A stretch of 64,000 nucleotides of DNA from Alloascoidea hylecoeti. Taxonomy: Eukaryota. Position numbers and translations under genes: made by a program. The stretch is taken from NCBI GenBank assembly GCA_001600815.1, contig BCKZ01000012.1:1-64000 (forward strand). Reading direction: 5' to 3'. The first letter of the stretch is position 1, and each line of letters opens with the position of its first letter. This document shows, piece by piece, positions 35,282-49,079 of this stretch. Under the pieces are notes generated by a model. The model had not been told where the DNA came from. It saw only the letters and a list, made by a program, of their open reading frames with translations, and made no database searches.

Positions 35282-36223
35282 ATGGCCGGAATTAGAGGAG
35301 GACGAACGAGACGAAGAGTGGCTCTTTCTGAGATTTGACTCAGACGAGGAACAACACAAATCCAATACTTCAAATGTAACACATCAATCGATAGAGGTAG
35401 CTCATCTAGAACCTATTAAGTCCGTTAGTAAACCTGAACCAGACCTCAATTCTATAAATCATGAAAAGGAAAATAACATAACTACTAATGATGTTACAGA
35501 TGACACAAATTCTGTGAATAAAACACCGGATACCCAGATAGAAGTTGATCCACCACTAGTTGAAGAACCAGTGATTTCTACTCAACTAATCGAAACAAAT
35601 CCGTCGCGTCTTGTAATTAAAAAGTTAGTTCTTACGAATTTCAAATCATATGCTGGTGTTCAGGAAATTGGACCTTTTGACAACTCTTTTTCTGTTATCG
35701 TTGGACCTAACGGTTCTGGTAAATCAAATGTAATCGATTCACTATTTGTTTTTGAATTCAGGGCAAGTAAAATGGCACACGGAAAATTATCTACACTTAT
35801 TCATCAATCTGAAGCTCACCCGGATCTAGACTTTTGTTCAGTTGATATGAATATTTAGAAGATATTATTGGTACATCTAAATACAAAAAACCTATTGAAG
35901 AATCATTGCAAAAAGTTGATATATTAAATAATCTCTGTCGTGAAAAGGAACAAAGATTCTCAATTGTTGAGAAAGAAAAAGATGCTTTAGAAGATAAAAA
36001 AGATGTTGTTCTTGAGTTTTTCACTACTGAAAATGAATTAACAAGAAAGAAAGCTGCACTTTATCAATTATTAGGTTATGAAAAACAACAAAATATTGAA
36101 CTGTGTGCCAAAGTGGTTGAAGAATTGAGAGCAAAGCTGGAACAAGAACGAGAAAATTACAAAGGTTCAATTGAACAGATGTCGGAAGTTGTTAAAACAC
36201 TAAAGAAAAAACAAAACCCATAG
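35282..36223 (+). pseudogene. SMC4: Truncated, internally deleted SMC4 (condensin) copy
   Basis: LTNFKSYAG..IVGPNGSGKSNVIDS..FRASKM then jumps with a frameshift to EYLEDIIGTSKY and stops early in the coiled coil. Also an N-terminal stop or frameshift. Confidence 0.85.
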
Positions 36224-36419
36224 TTATATACGTCTTTAAAATGTCATTTAATGTTGATTTAAAAATGGGTGTTCATTTTAGATGATTGCTAACATATACA
36301 TATTATTATAGCTAAAATTAATTTTATTATTTTGATTCTGAATTATATCATTTAGATGTAAGAAGTCTTATATCAATGTTTTATGTGTTTCAAGAATTAT
36401 ACATAATTAACATACGAAT

Positions 36420-38675
36420 TTAAAATAAAAATATCATTCCAATAATACTAGCGATCCAAAGAGTAAATCTACTTTCATATTTAGAAGCTCCGCTACCCAA
36501 ATCAACCGTGCTTACAGTAGCGACACCAGAAGTAGCGGCTGTGGAAGTAATAGCAGTAAAGGCTTCTCCGGATAAATCAGTATGTACGGAAGTCGATGTT
36601 TGTGTTGCAGATTGGACCACCTCAATTGTAGCACTCTCACGTACTTCAGTTGTTCCTGTAGAGCAAGCGTTGCCGGAACAGCTAGCAATACCATATGAAG
36701 TAGTAGAATAAACAATTTCACTTCCAGACGATGTTGATGTGACTTCAACAACTGTTGGTTTTACGGAAACAATAGAACTTCCTGAAATCTTAGCATATGG
36801 AAGATAGGTGGAATAAACTGAGGTTACAGCTTCTCCGGATATAGTCGATGTAGTAGTAACATCAGAAGCTGTCAACAAGTAAGATCCAGAAACAGGAACT
36901 TCTGAAGTAACTGCTGTAACAATCGTTTTACTTCCAACTTTGGTAGTTTTTGATAAGACAACAGAGCTAATTGTAGCTGATTCGGTGACTGTACTAGCAA
37001 CATATGAAGTAGATTGCACTATAATTGTACTACCAGAAGATGTAGATGTTACTTCAACAACTGTAGGCTGAACAGAAATTGTGCTGCTTCCAGAGACCTT
37101 TGCATATGGACAATAAGTAGTATAAACAGTGACAAAGGTTTCACCTGATACCGTTGCAGTACTAGTAACATCAGAAGCTGTCAACAAGTAAGATCCAGAA
37201 ACAGGAACTTCTGAAGTAACTGCTGTAACAATCGTTTTACTTCCAACTTTGGTAGTTTTTGATAAGACAACAGAGCTAATTGTAGCTGATTCGGTGACTG
37301 TACTAGCAACATATGAAGTAGATTGCACTATAATTGTACTACCAGAAGATGTAGATGTTACTTCAACAACTGTAGGCTGAACAGAAATTGTGCTGCTTCC
37401 AGAGACCTTTGCATATGGACAATAAGTAGTATAAACAGTGACAAAGGTTTCACCTGATACCGTTGCAGTACTAGTAACATCAGAAGCTGTCAATAAGTAA
37501 GATCCAGAAACAGGAACATCTGAAGTCAGTAGAGTGGTATAAGTACTATTACCAACTTCAGTTACCTTTGAAACGACAACAGAACTCAATGAAACAGAAG
37601 AAGTTTGAGCTACAGCTTCAACACTGGTTTTAACGTAAGTTGAGCTGATAACAGAACAAGCATTTGTAGTAGCAATAGATTCACTTCCTGAAATCGTTGT
37701 TGTATAAGTAATATCACCACATACACTTGAGGAGGAAACAATTGTTGTAACGATAGAAGTTTTACTTTCAGTAGCCAGACCAGTAGGAACTGTAGAAGTT
37801 TTAACATAAGTTGAGCTGACAATAGAACAAGCATTTGTAGTAGCAATAGATTCACTTCCTGAAATCGTTGTTGTATAAGTAATATCACCACATACACTTG
37901 ATGAGGATACAATTGTAGTTTCACTTTCAGCAGCTAGGCTAGTAGGAACTTTAGAAGAACTTGAACCAGATGCAGATGTGGTGAAAGATGCTGAAGTAAT
38001 AAAACTTTCAGAACCAGATGATTTGATGATAGTTGAAGAGGAAATGATTTCTTCCGATGAGCTAACAGCCTCAGTAGATGTTTGAGGAACTGCTTCTTCT
38101 GATGAGCTGACAGCTTCAGCAGATGTTTGAGGAACCGATCCCACTGACGAACTTGATTCAACTAGGGTTATACTTGAGGAGCTAGATTCCGACCAACACC
38201 AAGTAGGACTAGATGCACCACTATCACATCCTGTTCTATAGTCTCCGCTATTAAAGTAATTATTTGACCAGTCATATTGATAATTAATCTGGGAACCACA
38301 AATTAGACCATCAGAGTTAGTAGTAGTACTTGAATCTGTAACTGTATAGCTGTAAGAGAATGGATTTTGATCACTATTAGTTATTCCAACATTGTTATTA
38401 GAGTAGAAGATTTTAGTCTCGGGAGCCGTAATTTTGTATTCCCAAACATTCGATAATGTAGCGCTACCAGTATTTGACAAAGTAAAAGAATAAGTCAAAT
38501 CATATGAGCCATCAGAATTCTTTTCAACGTTTGTCAAAGTGATACTACCTGTAGGCTGGCTTGAGCTTGCGCTTGAAGAGTCAAGAGTACATGATGCCTC
38601 AATTGAGTAATCTGCTAGAACAGTTGAAACATAAAACGAAATAAAAAAAAGATAATAACGAATGGAACTCAGCAT
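36420..38675 (-). CDS. GPI-anchored Ser/Thr-rich adhesin with Flo11-type N-terminal domain
   Basis: Signal peptide, WEYKI..FYSNN..C..QYDW..GCD domain, TTYCP repeats and a hydrophobic GPI signal. Confidence 0.85.
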   Translation of the reverse strand: MLSSIRYYLFFISFYVSTVLADYSIEASCTLDSSSASSSQPTGSITLTNVEKNSDGSYDLTYSFTLSNTGSATLSNVWEYKITAPETKIFYSNNNVGITNSDQNPFSYSYTVTDSSTTTNSDGLICGSQINYQYDWSNNYFNSGDYRTGCDSGASSPTWCWSESSSSSITLVESSSSVGSVPQTSAEAVSSSEEAVPQTSTEAVSSSEEIISSSTIIKSSGSESFITSASFTTSASGSSSSKVPTSLAAESETTIVSSSSVCGDITYTTTISGSESIATTNACSIVSSTYVKTSTVPTGLATESKTSIVTTIVSSSSVCGDITYTTTISGSESIATTNACSVISSTYVKTSVEAVAQTSSVSLSSVVVSKVTEVGNSTYTTLLTSDVPVSGSYLLTASDVTSTATVSGETFVTVYTTYCPYAKVSGSSTISVQPTVVEVTSTSSGSTIIVQSTSYVASTVTESATISSVVLSKTTKVGSKTIVTAVTSEVPVSGSYLLTASDVTSTATVSGETFVTVYTTYCPYAKVSGSSTISVQPTVVEVTSTSSGSTIIVQSTSYVASTVTESATISSVVLSKTTKVGSKTIVTAVTSEVPVSGSYLLTASDVTTTSTISGEAVTSVYSTYLPYAKISGSSIVSVKPTVVEVTSTSSGSEIVYSTTSYGIASCSGNACSTGTTEVRESATIEVVQSATQTSTSVHTDLSGEAFTAITSTAATSGVATVSTVDLGSGASKYESRFTLWIASIIGMIFLF
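36690..37930 (-). repeat. Adhesin intragenic repeats: 309-bp units and 171-bp units
   Basis: agtaacatcagaagctgtcaa at 36855, 37164 and 37473; aatatcaccacatacacttga at 37710 and 37881. Confidence 0.92.
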
Positions 38676-41179
38676 TTCAAACTATCAAATACTATATTAA
38701 GGAAAGGAGGAATTGAAATGCTTTTTTGCTTAAAAACAAAAATAGAGACACAGGACACTTTTACTATTTATATACCCGTAGGTATTATGTTTTTATTAAT
38801 ACGAGTAACATTTTGGGAAGAAAAAAAAGATTAACTGATCAAACATGAAACAAGAATGTATTCGGATCATTTCATGATATAATATGTTGATTTTTTTCTC
38901 TAATTATTATATGCATATGCATCTACCTATAGATGGTAATTATACTAAGACAAACTTCATTAATTGTAGACCGTATAGTTATAAGTTATTATAATTTTAA
39001 ACTAAGTTAGCATATAACATCCGGCCATAAATAATTAGAATTGCAGATTTGACAGTTCCTAAGTTATCCTAATTAACTTCAAATATGAATGAATTAATTG
39101 TGCAACAGAAAAAATAACAATATTCATCGCAATTTCAAACTGAACTCGAGAATCGAATATTTTGCAATTGTATTATGCATATTATATACTATATAGATTT
39201 TAATGTTGTGCTTTCAGAATATCGCTTTTAATTATGCTAAAAATAGCTTTGTATATATCTTTAGACTTATAAATATTCATTATATGCATATATGATTTAA
39301 ATTTGATTTTTCTCGTTGATCCGTTAATATTTGAAACACATTTTTAATGGTCCATATATACCTATAAATTATTTACAAGCTAATTATAAACATTTGTGCT
39401 ATCAATAGCATTGAACATTATATAGGCCTATATACCTATATATATGAATGGAAATTTTTATGAAATTTTCCTGCTAAAAGAAAGCATAAGAGAAGAGTTT
39501 AAATTTATAATTATATCACATAAAAGAGAACTAAGTATTCTTAATTAAGTATTCCTAGTTATATATTAATAACATATCTGGACCCTCAACTAACTAGCAA
39601 TTATTTAGTACAATTTCAAAATTCTTTATATATTTTCTCATATAACCATATTACAATATAAATATATGAACATGAGGCGACATTCATATGATTAAGTTAT
39701 GCAGGGTGGTTTCCATTTGAAGGTGTCATAGTATGCATTGCATACAGTAAATTTTTATAAAACAATACAACCCAAATTCAAATTTAAGCTTATTAATTTT
39801 GGCAATAGATCACACCAATTGAAATTTCAACGAGCATGCATGTATTATACGTAGTATTACGTACATCTGTAAGGAAAGGTCTATGGCGAGTGGAATAACA
39901 CGTTAACCTACCCCGAGTTCAGAAAATCATCTCTACGTCATATATTGTATGCGTGGTAGACGCCGAAGAACCGGATGTAAGCATGCTAGGAACCACAACA
40001 TTGTTCTGTTGCAACCACGATTCACAAAACCTGCAACAGAACATATTATATTATAGATACCAAGACTTAAATCTACTTAATCTCATTATATGATAATAGT
40101 TTAGTTTTTTTGGTAATTTTTTTCTGTGATGTGAGCTCAGTATACTTATGCATATTAATAGTATTCATAGAACGCATTTTTTATCATGCCACGATTAGTT
40201 GAAGGTTGCCATCTGGATATCATAAGCTCCCTCTATGATTGAAGAATAGTGTAGATGATTTTTTAAAGCAGTTATCGTAATGTATTATGAAAATTGAGAA
40301 AATCTGTAAATCCTGGACCACTAACCCAAGATACACAAAAATTCCCAAATCACTGAAACCCAAAAACTCAGTTTTTAAAACAACCACTAGCTAAATCACT
40401 ACCAGAATTCAAAATGGTATGTACAAGAGCTCTAATGAATGAGGATGATCATAATGACAAGCACGCATACCCCTCGCCGTTCAACATTAAAAATGATATA
40501 GGAAGATGTCGTATACGAAAGTCGCCAACAAAATTTGGTATATCAAAATTGACTCTTCACGATCATTTTCACAGTTGAACATCAAGACAGGACACCCACT
40601 AAAATCGAAGGCTTTTTACTACTCTTGAGGAGCAATATCTCGTTCAATGACTTTTCTTTAGTGCAAACATGCTTATGCCGTTAATATAATGCAATTTTGT
40701 GAGTTGTTTGATAAGAGGATACCGTCTCAACTCCAAAGAAATGAAATATACCCATGTATTATGCCTAACTGTAATTATAAGATCTTATACCTATCATAGT
40801 GCGACCAGGTGGATACTTATTACTTTCCCAAAACGATCCAACTAATATGTTATTTTACAACTATAGAAATCTGACTAGTCACCAGCTGGAGCTAGAGATA
40901 TAATTTACCGGATTTATACCTATAAGCTAGCTATTATGCTGGCTTATGGTTCAATTAGTTTTCATAACGTAAGAGTTGCAATTAACTATACTAAAATTTA
41001 TAAAAATAAACAAAAACAAAACAATTTTCTTTTAAATAATCAAAATAATCAAAATAATCAAAATAATTGCAAATATTGAAAGAATCTATAGTAATCTACA
41101 ATATATAGTCAATGCGTAGACCAATCGTTTAAGGTCTCCAATGTTTGTGATGTCCCAAATATTATATGTTTAGTGAAAA

Positions 41180-44100
41180 TTAGTTATTCCTATGGAGTAA
41201 TCCTCCAACAAAAGACTTTCTGTGATCATGATTCTTATTTCTAAAAAACTTATACTTACCTTCAACAATGTATCTAATACCAAGTTGAATTAAGTAAAGC
41301 GATGATCCAATTGCTCTGAAAGCAGCAAGAACAGCTACACTCCACAAGATAAACTTCAAATAAACATTGCTAGAGGTACTGTAAGGCTCGTATATTTGAG
41401 TGATGATCATAACTAAGAGCATGTTTGCAATCAACCAACCTAGCACGACTCTTGTTCTAATATCTCTATAGTAATCTTCAGCACTCTGCTCAGTAGATTC
41501 TTCTGGTTTAGCGGTATTTGCTCTCCTATCTCTCAAATTACATAAGACTTCCTCATAACCACTATCGATATCAAGTTGTTCTGATGGTATCTCAACTTCA
41601 ACAATATCCTTCCCTAAATGATTTTTAACAATGGCAGAACCAAGATTGGCTTTCGGATCATTGTCACCTTTAGTACCCCATGAAACATCATGTGTATTAC
41701 AAAAAGCGTAAATTTGTAAAGTACAAACATAAAATGGAATCAACATGAAATATTGAGGAGCACAAGTAAAAATATGCCAAGGATCCATATACAAGAAGGA
41801 CATGATGATATAAATACCATATGTTGAAAGCATTGATATAACAATATTTGTGAATACGTTATCTCCTAGTTCAGAACCATTGCCTTTTTGTTTCAAAGTT
41901 TTGATGACAAAGTAGAATCCAACACAAGTAGCATATAAGAATACAATAACTAGAATAATCATAGTAGTAACAAATAAATGTTTCGCACCCTGAGGCCGAT
42001 TACCCATTGATATTATAAAAATCGAAGCCAAGTCACAGAGCAGTAAGTACTTTGCGATAGTAAACAGCCAGAAGCCACCCCTATGCGGAATAACATTGTC
42101 ATCGTCACCACTAATGCTACCAGCAATAAAGTAAAATGTCAAATAAAAGTTACCTAAAGAGAAAACAGAGAAAAGAAGTTGAATGAATTGATAAAAGAAC
42201 TCAATGTTTAGAAATATTTTCCTAGCATATGAATGGTCAGTTTTCCATATTTTTCCACAATTCATCAAAGAATAAACAGCAGCAAAAAGAGCACCATTAA
42301 GCCATCTCCTTCTTTGACTAATAAATTCAGGAATTGAATCGGGAACATCTGTTTCACCAGTAGCATTTCTAACATATTTTAGAACCCATTTTTCTTTCTT
42401 TTTGGAAATTAACTCCCAACATAAGATACGATCTTCGGCAAGATACATATTTGCAGTGAATACTGTAGTGTCGGGGCCTTCAAGTTTTTCTCCTCTAAAG
42501 TAAGCTTCCAAGGGTCCAGTACCATCCTCATGATTAGTCAATGCCCTATATCTATATGCTGATAAAGCACCTGGCAAAACACTAATATACCCAAACACAC
42601 TTTCCAAAGGTTTATCAAGAATATTTGACATTTTATATTCAAAATTTTGGGTTGCAACTAATGGGTTTAATAAATATTTCCAATTTTTTCCTTTGATAGC
42701 TTTGATTTCACCACACGCACCGGCGACGTTTGAATCATTATCGAAGGCCTTCCATAAATTATACATTGCGGCATGATCAGGTTTAGTACCAACATCCAAC
42801 AAAATACAAACATTAGGGTTTAAAGGAGGGCAAAGACCATTAAATAGCCATCTGTGGGAGTTAATTTTTTTAGCGTTCTTTTCTTTTAAACAAAATAAAA
42901 CTTGAACTGGAACCAAACCTTTTTCTGCCCCTTCAAATTTCAATTCTTCATTTATTGAAACTTGTGTTGTATATTCAAACAAATGGGCTTGTACTTCTTT
43001 TGAATTGACAAAACTCTTAGCGATACCATCCTGATAAATACCCATTGCAGCTAAAACTTCCAAAACACCAGGTGCAATTTTAGCACGACCATCAGAAACA
43101 ATAACAACTTGAACTTTCTTCCAACCATCTTTACCCCAAACACGACTTTTATTTCTTGAAACCAGATAAGCTACATTTTTCATGACACCATGCATCGTTC
43201 TTGCAAAAGATCTCTCGTCTTCATTATACATGGTAATACAAATACATAGTTGAATCTCTCTTTCATAAATTGCTGAACGTAAAGTAAAACCATTTTGACT
43301 AAAATCATCGGCATCACAAGTAACAGCAGTATATCTCATATATAAGAATTCATCATCATCACGACGTGGAAGAAAACTAGATAATTTTGTGGGGACAGGA
43401 CAATCTAAAATAAGGTTCCCATGTACCAGCTTAACCTGTTTTCTTGACATGGATTTATGTCTTCTTGGTTGCGCATTCTTTGGAGCGGCATGTACTCGTT
43501 TATCTAAAGTCTGATTTATAGAAGATCCCGAAGAGCTTTCGTTAATCTGAAGATTTGGTATTTTTTCGCCTATATTACCTTCTTCATATTCATAACCATA
43601 TTCATCCCCATTATAAAGGTTATTGTTCTGTAAAGTTTCGAGAGTACTAAATCGTTCATCTTTGTAAACAGTCGATGTACTACCGGTCATCCTAGATTCC
43701 GATGCATCTGGATTCCAATATATATTTTCATCGTCTTCATGCGAAGGAGGGAAAATGTCTGAGTTGAAGGCAGGTTGTGGGTGCTGGAGCATCTCAATGT
43801 CGTTGGGCGAACCGGATCTTAAAGGCGATCCGGAAAGATAATCTTGTTGAGGAGGTAATTGTGGTATTCCATTACTAAACCCTGAAGTGTCAATATTATC
43901 ACGATAATCGTCGATAGTGATAGAACTATTTCTATCATGTTTCGGTGATTCTAATCTCATCCATTCAGCTTTTGGTGTGGTATTTAAATTAGTACTGAAA
44001 CGTCCTGGCGAAGAGTTTCTCTCCGGCGAATATGCACTTCTATCCCCAAATGCCACCCTAGGGGATCTTCGTAAAGCACTTGAAGTGTTGTATTCATCGG

Positions 44101-44318
44101 ATTCTATATATCGAATACAAATTGTTAGTGGAAACAAAAGAGGTAAGAATGAAAGAAATAAACAGTCACATACCATCCGCGAAGGGCATAGGATGATATC
44201 TTGTTGGAGATCCGGGGGTTGAAGCCACAGCATCGGGGTGAGATAGCAAAGGAGTTGAGTATGGACGTTTTCTTCGTCTGCTATCGAAGAGAGAGTCTTC
44301 AAAAGGATTTTTACTCAT
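41180..44318 (-). CDS. CHS2: Chitin synthase, class II (2 exons)
   Basis: Exon 1 MSKNPFED..., intron 44173-44104. TMYNED, LAEDRIL and QRRRW motifs. Confidence 0.9.
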
Positions 44319-44688
44319 TCTTCAAAAAAATGAGTACTAGTATAGTCTATAATGCGGATATTCAGCAGTAAATGGAAATGTAAAAGTACTAAAAGCAAAT
44401 GGAGCTTCAATCAGAAGTTATGTATAATTATGATTAAATCGATTCCGGGTTTATAAAATGAAACAGAAATTTTAGAAGTGAAAATAAATTTAAAGATTCT
44501 TAAATGTGTAAAATATGTAGTGTTTACATATTACTTAATTGGGTAATGACAGCAGTTTGACCTGCCAATGTCACCCAGACAATCATATACATATAATTAT
44601 AATCTTAATACCATTTTGGTTTTAGAAGAAAAAAATATTTAAATTTCGTTTTCACTAACAGTAATAATATTTAACACATATCATCCGA

Positions 44689-46134
44689 TTAGTTCTTACC
44701 AGCACCGGCTCTAAAGTAAATGATGTCTCCGTCTTCAACAACATAATCCTTACCCTTTTGTAAAAGCTTACCATGAGCCTTAACTGCAGTGTCATCTCCA
44801 AATTCTATAAGGTCATGATATTTGGTAACTTGAGCAAGGATAAAAGTGTGCATAAGATCGTTATGAATAACACCTGCCGCTTGAGGAGCCTTTGTACCAT
44901 TTCTAATCGTCCATTCTCTAACCTCATCAGCTCCACAAGTGAAGAAGGAGATAAGATTAAGAGTTTTACGCATGCTAATAGTAATTTTTGGCAAGGCACT
45001 TTCCATTCCAAGAGTCTTACACTCTTCTTCTCTTTCAGCATCAGTTTCCATGTGTGAAAGTCTCTCTTCAAAACTGACACTAAATGGGATGATTGCATCA
45101 CCAGGGGAAAATTTATCAACCCATTGTTTAATACCTAAAAGATGCTTATTCTTCTTTCTCTTGTAGTCCTTTTCAGACAAGTTAATGAGATATATTGATG
45201 GTTTAGCCGTTAACAATAACATAGTATTGATGACTTCTACTTCTTTAAAAGTCCACGTTTGATTAGCAACTCTTCCACCACTTTCCAAAAGATCTATAAC
45301 TTTCTGAACTGTAATGGCTTCATCCTTTTTAGCCTTAACTTCCAAGGATTGTCCACCTCTTTTGACGATTTTCTCAACCGTTTCAAGATGATTCTTAGCA
45401 AATTCAATATCTTTTAATCTCAACTCTTCATTAATAATTTCCAAATCTCTGACTGGATTGACATCACCTTCAATATGAATGATGTCAGCATCGTCAAAGC
45501 ATCTGACAACTTGGTAAATAGCATCAACAGCTCTAATATTTGAAAGGAAGGCATTTCCCAATCCTTCACCCTTTGAAGCACCTTTAGTTAAACCTGCAAT
45601 ATCAAAGACGGTAATATGAGCTGGGACTTTGGATGCCGGTTTGTACATCTCACATAATTTTTCAAATCTTGGAGATGGAACAATGACTCTTGCCTCTTCA
45701 GGTTCAATGGTAGCAAATGGATAATTGGCAGGCTGGAATTTTTTAAAAATTAGCAAAAGGCTCTAAAGTGATAGGGTATTCAACAATTGCAACAGTTTGT
45801 ACTTACGTTTCCAAGGGGACATCTTGTGATTGCTTGAAAAAAAGTTGATTTACCAACCTAATTATAACGTCAGCTTAAGCAGAAAGATGTTAACGACTCA
45901 ATTAAACAATTCTTACATTAGCAAGACCAACAATACCACTCTTAAAAAAAAGTTAAAGATAAATTAATATTCATATTCATGACAATTCCTATGGATCATA
46001 ACTTTTGGAAGCGAAAATCCCAAATTTTCACAACGATGTAGATCAGCAAAATAAGACAACGAGCATACCTTCAAATTGTTTCCTGGTCTTCCCAACAAAA
46101 TTTTCTTTTCTTCAACCTTCTTCTTTGGTGGCAT
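44689..46134 (-). CDS. OLA1: Obg-like ATPase (4 exons)
   Basis: Introns 46068-45941, 45916-45858 and 45806-45733 give GIVGLANVGKST..NYPFATIEP..DIAGL. Confidence 0.97.
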
Positions 46135-46526
46135 TTTTTAAATGATAATAGATACTTTTTACAAAAGAAAAGGAGAAAAAAAGATTTGATTTTTTGGCAT
46201 CCATGGATCTATAAGCGTATATATCAGAACCGTAGAGTATATTTGAGAATCAACAGTGTAACAATTGAAACCCGATGTTTTTTTTGGGTAACTTCATAGA
46301 TTCCCTTCTTTGTTCTCAAATGGTTTAAGCTACAAAAGAGGACGGAGACCTAACACATTATTAGGTTGAGATGATTTAAACATCTGGTAATCGTGTTTCA
46401 AAACATACTCGTTTTTATATTTTCGTGGTACATTATATAATTAAAAGTGTAGACTAACGACTTCCACTCACTGGAATTCCACTACCCGAGCTTTAATAGA
46501 AAATACTAATAACAATTGTAATTACT

Positions 46527-47925
46527 CTATTCTTCGTTTTCCAACCAATCGCCAAACTTTTCAGCCCGGCTTCCACTATTTTCGTCCTTTTTCTTCCTGT
46601 ATTTCACAACTCCATCATAAAGAGATGCCTCAAGTGTTCTTCCTCCGAAGAATCTCCCATTCATTTTCTAAATTCCAAATATCAATTAGCCTTAAGCTTT
46701 AAAAGCTTCTGAAATCAGAATATGTTCAAATAACGTACCTGAATGCATTTAATTGCCTCTTCTTTAGTCGAAAACCTCACACTTACAACTCCTTCTGATT
46801 CCAAATCAAATAAGACCGTATTTTTGACTTCTCCAATTTCATTACATCCTGTCCTTATATCCTCTTCAATATCGTTTGCTGCATTTTCATCGTTCTATTA
46901 GAGGTTAGTAAAAATCAATCTTTTTTCCTTCCAAATGTTAACTCAATTGATGCGTACCTCAAGTTCATCAAGGGTAAACACATGCTTTAGTATGACAACT
47001 TTATCCCATCGTTTGTAGAGATCTTTTTCTTTTTCTTTCTTTATTGCAACATCATCATCATCATCCCAGTCTTCAAGTTTGCTATTTAAATTAATATAGT
47101 TAGTGACACTTAGTTTTGAAACTGCCGATCAACAGGTAAAACATACTTATGTAATTTTTGAAACCGTTTTTGGATTGCTTTCTTCTCTTTTAAAGACCTT
47201 TCTGGAATCACATCCTTTTTATATTCGCCTCCGTTTTCAGTCTGTTTATGCGAGAAGTCAGCTTTCTGGACTTTTATCTTTACTGGATTTTTTGTATCTT
47301 CTATTCGTAAAGTACTATCATCAAGCATTTCAATCGCTAAATGCACGCTTTCTTCTCTAAAATACACCACAAGCGCGTCTCCTTTAAAATTATTTGTTTT
47401 TTTATCTCTATAAAGCCGAATTTTCTTTTTACCGGTTATCAGATCTTCTGCAATAACGCCATATTTAGAGAACACATCTTCCAATTCTTCCTCTGTTGTA
47501 TCAATGGGTAAATTCGATACATAAACAGCAGTATTCCTTATCGGTTTCTTCTGCTTTTCATTTGTCATTTTCTTAGATTTCTTCTTATCTTCTTGAGATG
47601 TATTTTCTTCATTATGATTAGGTTTTCTCCTTTTATTTCTTTTTCTTTCCTCTTTTATCCTTTCCCAATCTTCTTCTGTAAGATCCTCAACCTCTTCCCC
47701 TTCATTTAGATACGCTTTCCTTTGTAGTTTTATAGCTTGCTCATTCAAAATTGGGATCCATTGTTTTGCAACTGTATTAAATTCATATTCCAACCCCGTT
47801 TCTTCATCTTCAATGATGTATCTTCCGGTATTGTTATCAAGTGCTACACGAGGATCTTTTATGAACTCTAAATGATCAGTAGATAGAGAAGATAAAAAGT
47901 TTGCTTCATTATTAGAAGATGTCAT
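46527..47925 (-). CDS. CUS2: U2 snRNP-associated RRM/UHM protein (Tat-SF1) (4 exons)
   Basis: NTAVYVSNLP..FKGDALVVY; introns 47146-47082, 46957-46895 and 46738-46668; MNGRFFGGR. Confidence 0.92.
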
Positions 47926-49079
47926 AATTTCTAATAATTTAACCTACACAGTATAAAGATTTTATTAAATTAGCTTCAAAGTCAGGGTAATTATTATATG
48001 GTAGGATTCTTGCAACTTTTTTTCGGCCAAAAAATATGCATGTATCTGTATCTTTACATATATTACGCTATGTGGAAATAGAGTACCATACATATGCATA
48101 CACTTATTTGTTCAAAGTAGAATCGCAGTTTCGCCATTACTGGTAGTTTAATCAAATGTAACCCTATTTCAAACTATTTGTATGGCCGCTTAATCTGGAG
48201 GTTTAAGTATACAATACTATACAGATTAAGTAAAAGGGAAAAATAATCACACAGAGAAATGCAACAAAAATTAATTTGAAATGAAGAGATTTACACTTGC
48301 CATTTATGTACCTCCCGGTTGTCTTCAATACATAATGGAAGTGATTTTGGTGGTGTGGGTACTGTTCCGCGAGGAGTGTTGAGATTCTTTTCATTTATCT
48401 ATAAGTTGTTCATTTTAAGTGACCCACACCATACCTGAAAGGACTAGAAATTGATGAAAAATCAATTTTGAGATTCGTATAGGTATCATATTTACATCTT
48501 TGAGACCAATATCGATAAAGAAAACAATCAGACAAGTTATATCGATACAATAAGGTTACAGAATAATTGATATCTGGAGTGAATATGCATTGACTTTATA
48601 AAAATTTGTTTTGAGTGTACATTTATGCCATTTCATAAGAAAGGTTTGGTGGATGAAGAACCCCGTTAAGCTTTAAACCAGTACCGTGAAAAATGTCCGA
48701 TATCGAAATCTAAAGAGTTTCTCGGGGGTCCATTTGTGGTACTATGAGTTCCCTTATAATTTTGAAAAATTATATATCTTATTCAATAATATGGGTAAAA
48801 GGACTGATTGTCTGTTACTAATATAACAGGTGATTCAACACATGTTCATACTCTATTTCATTTCTGTTCAAAATCACAACTAGACAACATATTGCGATCT
48901 GCTGGATGGGTCGAAAATAATCTACAGTGAGTTATATACTAATATTATTAGTTAACTATAAATTTAGGCCCAGTGTATATTCTAGATCTATTTAAGTTTA
49001 TTATTGTGTAATTAACTTATATATGGTACAGTTATTGGAATTGCGATTGAAGATTTGAAAATAGTAAATTAAATAGTTA

